This document shows, in pieces, positions 26,161-34,585 of a DNA stretch of 52,641 nucleotides (its first letter is position 1; the number at the start of each line of letters is the position of its first letter). The position numbers were made by a program, and so were the translations under genes. This DNA is from a virus (taxonomy: Duplodnaviria; Caudoviricetes). Under the pieces are notes generated by a model. That model saw nothing but the letters and a program-made list of their open reading frames with translations, searched no databases and was not told the origin of the DNA. The stretch lies in the IMG/VR virus record IMGVR_UViG_3300025701_001373, positions 1-52,641 of that record; one strand, written 5' to 3'.

Positions 26161-26280
26161 AACTTCATATTATATAATAATAAAATATATATAAGTATAT
26201 AAATATATAAAAATAATAATATAATTACAAGAAAATAATATATAAATAATATAATATTAATTAAATACTAAAAAAGGTTA
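26161..26280. other. Almost pure A/T intergenic tract
   Basis: ~120 nt with very few G/C. Confidence 0.7.
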
Positions 26281-26283
26281 TCT

Positions 26284-27018
26284 ATGTTACAAGCAGAACA
26301 AATTCAATCAAATTGGGACAAGCATATCAAGATTGTCAACCATTATATTACCGGAGAACGTAAAGAAAAGGTATTAGCAATGTTGGAAAAACTTTCCGAT
26401 ATCTATGTTATGGCTCCTGCTAGTGGTAAATCTTGGTACCACAATGCATTTGCCGGTGGATATGTAGACCATGTTAATAGAGTTGTTCAATATGCTGTTA
26501 AACAGAAGGATTTATACCAACAAATGGGAGGAACTGTTGATTTTACCGATGAAGAGTTGGTATTTGCTGCTTTATTCCATGATTTAGGTAAAATAGGTGA
26601 TGGAGAGAAGCCAAATTACTTACCTCAAACTGATAAATGGAGACAAGATAAATTATCCGAGCAATACACACCTAACCCGGACCTTGACTTTATGTTGATA
26701 CCGGACAGATCTCTATTTGTACTTCAGAAGTTTGGTATACAGGTTAATCAGAAAGAATTCTTAGGTATAAGACTACATGATGGGGTATTTGATGAAGCTA
26801 ACAAAGCTTATTTCTTTAGTTATCAAGAGTCATCTAGACAAAAGACAGGATTAGTGTCTATTTTACATTCAGCAGACTTCTTAGCTTCTAAAGTAGAGTA
26901 TGATATGTGGAAGTCTAATGGAGGTACATCTAAACCTAAAAGTGAAAAAGTAACCTCTACAACAGGTAAGCCAGTTAAAGCTTCAGAAGGGTTAACTAAC
27001 ATGTTAAAAAACTTATAA
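26284..27018 (+). CDS. HD-domain phosphohydrolase (YhaM-like HD domain)
   Basis: APAS..YHNAFAGGYVDH, ALFHDLGK, RLHDG, LHSAD. Confidence 0.88.
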   Translation: MLQAEQIQSNWDKHIKIVNHYITGERKEKVLAMLEKLSDIYVMAPASGKSWYHNAFAGGYVDHVNRVVQYAVKQKDLYQQMGGTVDFTDEELVFAALFHDLGKIGDGEKPNYLPQTDKWRQDKLSEQYTPNPDLDFMLIPDRSLFVLQKFGIQVNQKEFLGIRLHDGVFDEANKAYFFSYQESSRQKTGLVSILHSADFLASKVEYDMWKSNGGTSKPKSEKVTSTTGKPVKASEGLTNMLKNL

Positions 27019-27020
27019 CT

Positions 27021-27326
27021 ATGACACAGTACATAATAATTGGAGTATTAGTTGTATTCTCCGGAATATTATCTTATATTATATTTAACCTATTAAGAAA
27101 AGTAGAGAAGTACGAGGATATCACTTTAGATCAAACCTCATACTTACAGAATATAGCGAACATAATAACAGAATCTCACAACCACCTTTCAACATTAGAT
27201 GAAAATGGGGTATTTCAATCTGATGATGAGGTTGGAGAGTTCTTTAACCAAATGAAAGCAGTGCAGGCAGAACTGGATAAATATATGCTGCCCGAAAATT
27301 ATGGCAAGGAAGAAATCCAAAGCTAA
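27021..27326 (+). CDS. Membrane-anchored hypothetical protein
   Basis: N-terminal TM helix; GVFQSDDEVGEFF. Confidence 0.7.
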   Translation: MTQYIIIGVLVVFSGILSYIIFNLLRKVEKYEDITLDQTSYLQNIANIITESHNHLSTLDENGVFQSDDEVGEFFNQMKAVQAELDKYMLPENYGKEEIQS

Positions 27327-28005
27327 CTACTTTACCTCAGAGACAGAAGAATATATTGTAAAATATAACGAATCTACCGATCACGAATACAGAGGAAAAA
27401 TATTCACAGATCATATATATTTACCGTTTTATAAATTAGCGGAAAATATTATACATACATTTAAATTCTACTATACAGACGTAGAACAGATAGAAGACCT
27501 CAAACACGAGGTCGTTTCTGTTTTATTAGAACAGAAGATAGATAAGTTTGATCCAACGAATGGAGCCAAAGCTTATTCTTATTTCGGAACTATAGTAAAG
27601 AGGTGGTTAATTAACTACAACAATGTTAACTATAAAAGATTAAAACAAATTGGATCTTTCTCTGATATAGAAGAATCGTACGAAAACACAAATGATCCTG
27701 ATGCACCTGGAATTAAAACGTTAAGTAATTTTGTAGATGAATGGGTAGATGAAATGTATAACGAGATTGATTATATGTTTACAAAACCAAACGAACTTAA
27801 GATAGCTGACGCCGTCTTAACCATATTTAAGACTAGAAATGATCTAGATATATTTAAGAAAAAAGCGTTATACATTTATATTAGAGAAATGACTGATTGT
27901 GAAACACCTCAGTTAACTAAAGTATTAAACGTCTTGAAAAGAAACTTCTACGATAAGTATCAGAAGTATTATGATCTAGGTCTACTTTCCCGAAAACCAT
28001 TGTAA
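27301..28005 (+). CDS. Phage late-transcription sigma factor (T4 gp55-like)
   Basis: KLAENII..FKFY...EDLKHE...KFDPTNGAKAYSYFGTI resembles sigma region 2 of gp55-type factors. Confidence 0.72.
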   Translation: MARKKSKANYFTSETEEYIVKYNESTDHEYRGKIFTDHIYLPFYKLAENIIHTFKFYYTDVEQIEDLKHEVVSVLLEQKIDKFDPTNGAKAYSYFGTIVKRWLINYNNVNYKRLKQIGSFSDIEESYENTNDPDAPGIKTLSNFVDEWVDEMYNEIDYMFTKPNELKIADAVLTIFKTRNDLDIFKKKALYIYIREMTDCETPQLTKVLNVLKRNFYDKYQKYYDLGLLSRKPL

Positions 28006-28008
28006 CTC

Positions 28009-28016
28009 TATTTATA
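28009..28016 (+). promoter_or_regulatory. Putative late promoter TATTTATA
   Basis: Intergenic, heads the structural module. Confidence 0.55.
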
Positions 28017-28031
28017 ATAAAACTATAAACT

Positions 28032-28409
28032 ATGAGTTTAGATAAAGAAATATTTAAAGGAAAGACTCTATCTGACCTCTTCGGAGAAATATACGACAAT
28101 TCAAAAGACACTAGAGGACAAGTTCAAGGTTTAATTAGAGAATTAAAACCCCTAATAGAGAACATTGGAGATGCGACTTTAATCGTTCCTATGATTAAAG
28201 AATATATGGAGATAGGTGTTAAGAATGACGACGCTTTGATTAAGATGGCCACAATCGTTCAAAGGATAGTAAGCGCAGAAGCTAAAGGTGAGGCTGCAAG
28301 TGAATTTGATTTTTCTGATTTGCAAGATTTATTAGAAGAATCTAATCAATTAGAAGCAGAAGTAAAAGAAGTAGGAGAAAGTAAAGAGGATGGCGAGCCT
28401 AACAACTAA
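28032..28409 (+). CDS. Helical hypothetical protein
   Basis: 125 aa, first gene of the late module. Confidence 0.7.
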   Translation: MSLDKEIFKGKTLSDLFGEIYDNSKDTRGQVQGLIRELKPLIENIGDATLIVPMIKEYMEIGVKNDDALIKMATIVQRIVSAEAKGEAASEFDFSDLQDLLEESNQLEAEVKEVGESKEDGEPNN

Positions 28410-29550
28410 CACATACCGGCAATCGGAGATAGATTCTAATAATAGTAACTTTAATCAGTTTACTCCTGTTAGGGTAATTGATGTTATATTAGATGAAACA
28501 CATCCTGAATATGAAAAGTACGATGGTACAAGATGTGTCGGCGGAATAAAATATGCACCTCTAGATAGAAACGTAAAAACAGATAACCCACAAACACTTC
28601 CACTTGCTGTTCCTATGAACGGTAATATAAAAACATTCCCACTAGTAAACGAAATAGTTCTTATCATAACAGCTCCAGATCAGAAACTCACTGTAGGAGA
28701 AGTTAAATCAACTGGTGGACAGGTTTACTATACAGATATAGTTTCAATTTGGAATCACCCACACCATAACGCTACCCCTAGTGAAATTGGGAGAATAGAT
28801 GGAGTAGGGAAAGACTTTAAAGAACAGACTGATATTAACCCTCTTCAACCTTTTCCTGGAGATATTTTACTAGAAGGTAGACAGGGACAGTCGATAAGAA
28901 TGTCTGGTGCAAAACATTTTGAGAATATATATACCAACCAATCCAATGAAGGGGATCCTTTTACAATTATAAGTAACGGTCAAAAATCTGTTGGAAATGG
29001 TACTCAACATATAGTAGAAGATGTTAATGAAGATGACTCTTCAATATACATTATGTCTAACCAGACTGTTCCGTTAACTCAAGCTAGAGATAAAACAAAA
29101 GCTTGGAAAAAAGCACCTACAAAAGCTGATAGGTATGAAGGTTCTCAAGTTATGATTAATGGAGGCCGATTGTATTTTAACTCAAAAGAGGAAAGTACTT
29201 TGTTTTCATCTAAAGAAGCTTTTGGTGTAACATCTAAAACTATTAATTTAGACGCTAAAGACTATATAGCATTAGATGCTGATAAAATCTACTTAGGAGA
29301 AAAAGCATTAAGAGAGGAATTTGAACCAGTTATATTAGGAGAGTCAATGGAAGGATTTCTATACGTACTTCTTTTTAACCTTCAAATGCTTGCTACTGAT
29401 TTACAAGCTGCTACAACTATAGACGGTAAACCAATACCGTTATTAATAACAAGAGGAAAGGTGATGGAGGCTTCTATAAAAGGTCTACAAAACCAAATCA
29501 ACCCTGGAGGGAAGTCTCAACTTAAGTCAAGAAAAGTATACACTGAATAA
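28390..29550 (+). CDS. Probable baseplate hub/spike protein (gp5/VgrG-like)
   Basis: N-terminal OB-fold-like region (FPLVNEIVLI), GDILLEGRQGQSIR, beta-strand-rich C-terminal half; context next to gp25/gp6. Confidence 0.55.
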   Translation: MASLTTNTYRQSEIDSNNSNFNQFTPVRVIDVILDETHPEYEKYDGTRCVGGIKYAPLDRNVKTDNPQTLPLAVPMNGNIKTFPLVNEIVLIITAPDQKLTVGEVKSTGGQVYYTDIVSIWNHPHHNATPSEIGRIDGVGKDFKEQTDINPLQPFPGDILLEGRQGQSIRMSGAKHFENIYTNQSNEGDPFTIISNGQKSVGNGTQHIVEDVNEDDSSIYIMSNQTVPLTQARDKTKAWKKAPTKADRYEGSQVMINGGRLYFNSKEESTLFSSKEAFGVTSKTINLDAKDYIALDADKIYLGEKALREEFEPVILGESMEGFLYVLLFNLQMLATDLQAATTIDGKPIPLLITRGKVMEASIKGLQNQINPGGKSQLKSRKVYTE

Positions 29551-30392
29551 TGCCACACGGATATTTAAAAGATTTTAAAAGTTTATTAGCACAGTTCTCC
29601 GCAGTAAAAGTTGGAGACCTACTTGCTATGGCTATTCAATATGCTGAACCTAAAGTAAATGAGATAATTAAAGAACTTCTAAACCAATGTCCACCACCAG
29701 AAGTTTTAGAACAAATGTCAAAGACTGTTAACAACGTAAACAGTTTAATGAATAAAGTAGACAGACAGGTTGATCAATTAAATAAAATTCCTAAGAAACT
29801 TGATAAACCTATTAAAGTAGGGAAGGTATTAGTTGAAATATTAGCTCATATGCCTATACCTTCAACAATTGGACTTCCACCAGGACCAGCAGGAGGTGTT
29901 ATAGTTTCAATACCAACTGGAGTTATTCAATCACAATCCCAATTACTATCTTTTACTTCTAGTATGATTAACGCTTTAGAAGATGACCAAAAAGCTATAC
30001 TAGGTATATTATCATCTGCTTCAGGAATATTTACTCCTATTCGTACAAAAATAAGTAGAATAGAAATGCTATTGAGTAGGTGTTTAAATAACCCAAACCT
30101 GTCGGATGAAGATAGAAAAAAGATATTAGACGGGTTACAGGATAAGAACAACTCTACAACAACTGCAGGAGGAATAGGAACAGGCGTAGAGTATACATCT
30201 AATGGAAATGGGAACACGTATACTATTTCTATTGTGACTAATACTGAGACTGGAATAGCAGTTCCTCAAAGACAGGCAGTAGCTAAAGATTTTAGAGGAA
30301 TAGTAGTTCTAAAAGGACCTCTATCCTTCGCTAGCTCAGAACAAGTACTTATAGACGAATTAAAATTTAGAATAGACAATCAACTTCCATAA
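29550..30392 (+). CDS. Hypothetical virion-module protein
   Basis: 280 aa, coupled to the upstream gene. Confidence 0.7.
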   Translation: MPHGYLKDFKSLLAQFSAVKVGDLLAMAIQYAEPKVNEIIKELLNQCPPPEVLEQMSKTVNNVNSLMNKVDRQVDQLNKIPKKLDKPIKVGKVLVEILAHMPIPSTIGLPPGPAGGVIVSIPTGVIQSQSQLLSFTSSMINALEDDQKAILGILSSASGIFTPIRTKISRIEMLLSRCLNNPNLSDEDRKKILDGLQDKNNSTTTAGGIGTGVEYTSNGNGNTYTISIVTNTETGIAVPQRQAVAKDFRGIVVLKGPLSFASSEQVLIDELKFRIDNQLP

Positions 30393-30409
30393 ACTAACTA
30401 TTTATATAT

Positions 30410-30892
30410 ATGAAACTCGATCAACTTAGAAAGATAATCAGAGAAGAAGTGAGAGCCGCTGTTAAGGAAGAGTTACAAGAAGTAATGAACGAAGCAGTAA
30501 AAGTAGCTAGCACACCCTCAGGATTACAGCCAGCACCAGTTGCTGGAGAAACTTCATGGTCAACACCCAAAAAACCTTCTAAGCAAGAATTAGCTGAGAT
30601 GATGGGTTTACCGGACATGAAACCAAAGACAACAAATTTAAAGTTTGATGATCCAATTCAAGAGATGTTAAATCAAACCAAGAATAATATGTCAGGAGAA
30701 GACGCAAAAAATGTAATGAATTTTGATTCATCTATGGTTCAAAAACCAAACTTTGCTTCTTCTATGGCAAACCAAATGGGAATGACAGAACCAGGTAATA
30801 TGCCCGGTCTAGATATTTCTCAACTTAGTTTTGTAAAAAAAGCTAAAAAAGTTTTAGACTTAGCTAACGAAAAAAGTAGTAATAAACTATAA
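30410..30892 (+). CDS. Hypothetical protein
   Basis: MKLDQLRKIIREEVR N-terminus; TATTTATA at 30399-30406. Confidence 0.7.
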   Translation: MKLDQLRKIIREEVRAAVKEELQEVMNEAVKVASTPSGLQPAPVAGETSWSTPKKPSKQELAEMMGLPDMKPKTTNLKFDDPIQEMLNQTKNNMSGEDAKNVMNFDSSMVQKPNFASSMANQMGMTEPGNMPGLDISQLSFVKKAKKVLDLANEKSSNKL

Positions 30893-31302
30893 TGGCATTT
30901 CAAATTCAAAAAATATATCCTCTAGATTTAGAACCTAGAAAAGCTATCGGAGTAGATTTACCTTTCTCCGGTAAAGCTGTATTTAATTCTAACTACCTAA
31001 CTAAGGATGCGATTAGAAACAACCTAATCAATTATTTTTTGACTAATAAAGGAGAGAGGTACTTAAACCCTTCTTTTGGTTCCAATATACGAAAATTACT
31101 ATTTGAAAATATAAACCAAGATTCTTTAGACGACATAAAAGATATGGTGTCTGATGATATATCTAATTATTTTCCTAGAGTTAATCCAATAGTGTTTGAA
31201 TTAAATGCTGCACCGGATTCTAACACAGTAAGGTTTTATATGAAATATTCAATTCAAGATACAAATATAGAAGATGAACTTCTAATTAATATAGAACAGT
31301 AA
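30892..31302 (+). CDS. Baseplate wedge subunit, gp25/GPW-like
   Basis: AIRNNLINYFLTNKGERYLNPSFGSNIRKLLFE...YFPRV. Confidence 0.88.
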   Translation: MAFQIQKIYPLDLEPRKAIGVDLPFSGKAVFNSNYLTKDAIRNNLINYFLTNKGERYLNPSFGSNIRKLLFENINQDSLDDIKDMVSDDISNYFPRVNPIVFELNAAPDSNTVRFYMKYSIQDTNIEDELLINIEQ

Positions 31303-33113
31303 TGGCAGAAGAAAGAGATATAAAATATATCAATAAAGATTTTTCTGATTTTAGAAATCAATTAGTAGAACACGCTAAAAACTACTTCCCGGATAGTTAT
31401 AACGATTTCTCTCCTACCTCACCAGGTATGATGTTTATCGAAATGGCATCATATGTTGGGGATGTTCTATCATTTTATCAAGATACCCAGCTACAAGAGA
31501 CGTATTTAACATACGCTAAAGATCCTAAAAACTTATATGCGTTAGCGTATATGATGGGATATAAACCTAAAACAACAGGAGTATCGGAAGTTGATATTGA
31601 AGTTAATCAAATTATAGACGCTACAGGAGGGAATTATAATCCTGACTGGAGTCAAGCCGCTATAATTCAACCTAACGCTATACTAAAATCTACAGATAAT
31701 TCTCAAACTCCTTTTTTAATTGACCAGAGAGTAGATTTTTCTTTCTCTAGTTCATATGATCCTACAGATGTTGTAATCTATGATTTAGACGAAAGTGACA
31801 ATCCTGTTAGTTATAAACTTACTAAGAAGGTAAAAGCTATATCCGGTGAAATAAAAACAACATCTCAAACTCTAAGTTCAGCTGAAAAGTTTAAAACTCT
31901 AACTATTCAAGATACAAATATTATTAGAATACTGGATATAGTAGATTCAGATGGAAATAACTGGTACGAAGTACCTTTCCTAGGTCAAGATACTATATAT
32001 GTAGATGAAGACGCTACATCAACATCTTCTAATAGATTACCTCATACTCTATCTTTAAAGAAAGTTCCAAGGAGATACGTAACCAGATTCTTATCTAGCG
32101 GATACCTTCAACTACAATTTGGAGCTGGTACAAACGATAGTGACGATTCAGTAATTATACCTGACCCATCTAATCTAAATATCGGTAATAATAACGGTGA
32201 AAATACAATAGGTAAAGCGTACGATCCATCTAACTTTTTATACAGTAAAACTTATGGAATCGCACCAAATAATACTACCTTAACTATTAGATACTTAACT
32301 GGAGGAGGAGTAACCTCAAACGTACCAGCCAACACTATAACAACAGTTACTAACGTACAGGTGACACCGACAGACGCTAACATAGTATTTAATAACCCAA
32401 AACCAGCAGCAGGAGGTAGAGATGGTGATACGGTAGAAGAGTTAAGAGAGAATTCATTAAGAGCGTTTAATGAACAGAGTAGAGCGGTTACACTTCAAGA
32501 TTATACTGTTAGAGCGTTATCACTACCTGGTAAGTTTGGAAGTATCGCTAAAGCGTACGCAACACAAGATCAATTAACTAATACCAATAGTGTAGATTCT
32601 GTTTTAGTAGATAATAACCCACTAGCTATATCCTTATACGTACTTTCATATGACGTAGATAAAAAACTAGTTCAAGGTTCTACAAAACTAAAAGAAAACC
32701 TAAAAACATATCTGTCAGAGTATATGTTATTAACTGACTCCATTAATATAAAAGACGCTTACGTAGTTAATATTGGAGTTAATTACGATGTAATACTACG
32801 ACCTGATTATAGTGGTAGAGACGTTTTACTTAACTGTAATCTAAAATTACAAGAGTTCTTTGATTCATCTAAATGGACAATAAACCAGCCTATCAATCTA
32901 TCTCAAATCTATTCAACTTTAGATAAGGTAAAAGGAGTACAAACAGTACAGAAAGTAGAAATAGTAAATAAGGCTGGAGGTAACTATAGCCAATTTGGTT
33001 ACGATGTAAAAGGGGCAACAAGAAACAATACAGTATATCCTTCCTTTGATCCATGTATATTCGAAGTGAAATACCCAGAGCAGGATATCAAAGGAAGAAT
33101 AACAACTTTATAA
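31302..33113 (+). CDS. Baseplate wedge subunit, gp6/baseplate J-like
   Basis: DFSDFRNQL, YNDFS..SPGMMFIEMASYVGDVLSFY, FGAG, GGRDGDTVEELR, RAVTLQDY. Confidence 0.88.
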   Translation: MAEERDIKYINKDFSDFRNQLVEHAKNYFPDSYNDFSPTSPGMMFIEMASYVGDVLSFYQDTQLQETYLTYAKDPKNLYALAYMMGYKPKTTGVSEVDIEVNQIIDATGGNYNPDWSQAAIIQPNAILKSTDNSQTPFLIDQRVDFSFSSSYDPTDVVIYDLDESDNPVSYKLTKKVKAISGEIKTTSQTLSSAEKFKTLTIQDTNIIRILDIVDSDGNNWYEVPFLGQDTIYVDEDATSTSSNRLPHTLSLKKVPRRYVTRFLSSGYLQLQFGAGTNDSDDSVIIPDPSNLNIGNNNGENTIGKAYDPSNFLYSKTYGIAPNNTTLTIRYLTGGGVTSNVPANTITTVTNVQVTPTDANIVFNNPKPAAGGRDGDTVEELRENSLRAFNEQSRAVTLQDYTVRALSLPGKFGSIAKAYATQDQLTNTNSVDSVLVDNNPLAISLYVLSYDVDKKLVQGSTKLKENLKTYLSEYMLLTDSINIKDAYVVNIGVNYDVILRPDYSGRDVLLNCNLKLQEFFDSSKWTINQPINLSQIYSTLDKVKGVQTVQKVEIVNKAGGNYSQFGYDVKGATRNNTVYPSFDPCIFEVKYPEQDIKGRITTL

Positions 33114-33114
33114 T

Positions 33115-34233
33115 ATGGCAGTATATAAAATATTTCCTAACAAGGATACATTTATCTTTACAGAAGTACCTCTAGCCAACGCAGGGTATGATGAGATGTT
33201 AGAACTAGGAGGGTATAATATTTCTGAGATACCACAAATGTCTAGAATATTAATTCAATTTCCTGATAACGAAGTTAATTCTGTCATTAGTAGTAAAGTT
33301 GGAGATAGACCTTACAGCGCTAGTATAAATGTAAAAATAGCCTCTGCGTATGAAACACCAGTTTCACATTCAGTCCTTTCTTACCCGGTATATGAATACT
33401 GGGATGGAGGAGTAGGTAAATACGGAGATTACCCATGGGATGAATCAGGAGCCTCCTGGCGATACGCTTTAGATAGAAGACAAGGTTCTTGGACCCTACC
33501 TCACAATACTGTGAATATGCCAGCTAATGTTACCGGTTCCTACCTTGAAGGATACCCCGGAGGAGGAAATTGGTACAGTGAATATGACGGAGTTAGTTTA
33601 GAATCAGAACAAGCTTTTGAACTTAATAGTGATGTAGATATAGACATTAATGTTACCAAAGCGGTAGAATTATTTAATACTGGAAGTATAACAAATAATG
33701 GATTTATTTTAAAATTTTCTGAGGATTTAGAATTCAACGTTACCTCTTCTGTTAGACATAAATTTTATAGCGCCGATACAAATACTATATACCCTCCTAC
33801 ATTAGACATAAAGTGGGATGATAGTGAATACGTTACTGGATCTTTAAATATATTAGGAACAGATATCGCTGAAATAGATCTTACAAACAATAAAGGAGAG
33901 TATCCTGATGTAGGTAAACAAAGATTTAGATTACACGCTAGACCTAAATACCCAGTTAGAACTTTCACAACCAGTTCAGTATATAAAACTAATTATGGTT
34001 TACCTCAAGAATCTTATTGGGGATTGAGAGATGAGTTTACTGAAGAGATGGTTATACCATTTGATGACGAGTTTACAAAAATAAGCTGTGATAGTAAAGG
34101 TTCTTATTTTGACATATATATGGATGGTTTACAACCAGAAAGGTACTATAGGGTATTAGTTAAGTCCGTAATAGACGGAACAACAGCTGTAATAAATAAA
34201 GATAACGTATTTAAAGTAGTTAGAAATGGCTAA
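33115..34233 (+). CDS. Virion structural protein (beta-rich)
   Basis: DTFI...SRILIQF...NNGFILK...YPPTLDIKWDD; baseplate context. Confidence 0.65.
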   Translation: MAVYKIFPNKDTFIFTEVPLANAGYDEMLELGGYNISEIPQMSRILIQFPDNEVNSVISSKVGDRPYSASINVKIASAYETPVSHSVLSYPVYEYWDGGVGKYGDYPWDESGASWRYALDRRQGSWTLPHNTVNMPANVTGSYLEGYPGGGNWYSEYDGVSLESEQAFELNSDVDIDINVTKAVELFNTGSITNNGFILKFSEDLEFNVTSSVRHKFYSADTNTIYPPTLDIKWDDSEYVTGSLNILGTDIAEIDLTNNKGEYPDVGKQRFRLHARPKYPVRTFTTSSVYKTNYGLPQESYWGLRDEFTEEMVIPFDDEFTKISCDSKGSYFDIYMDGLQPERYYRVLVKSVIDGTTAVINKDNVFKVVRNG

Positions 34234-34585
34234 TGAAATTAAAATACATAAATCAGTCCTAAAAAAGGATGAATTTGATAAAGTAGTAGATACTTCTTTC
34301 TCTACATTTGTTGATCCCGAAACCGAGGTTAACACTGATACTGTAGAAGAATTATTTAGACTCTACAATAAACTCTATTACGAGATTCCAATTGAAGGAG
34401 ATACTAATTCACATACTTATCTTGTAAAAGAGAGTTCAAAGTTAGTAGATATAGAAAAAGACCTAACAGATGTTCAACCATTGTTAGATGAGATTAGTGA
34501 ACTAAGAGAAAGATTATTAGTTGTAAATCAACAAATGATCGAAATACAGACAGAGTCTATAGAAGATGCAGCAAACCACGTATAA
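34226..34585 (+). CDS. Hypothetical virion-module protein with C-terminal coiled coil
   Basis: 119 aa; LLDEISELRERLL. Confidence 0.7.
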   Translation: MANEIKIHKSVLKKDEFDKVVDTSFSTFVDPETEVNTDTVEELFRLYNKLYYEIPIEGDTNSHTYLVKESSKLVDIEKDLTDVQPLLDEISELRERLLVVNQQMIEIQTESIEDAANHV

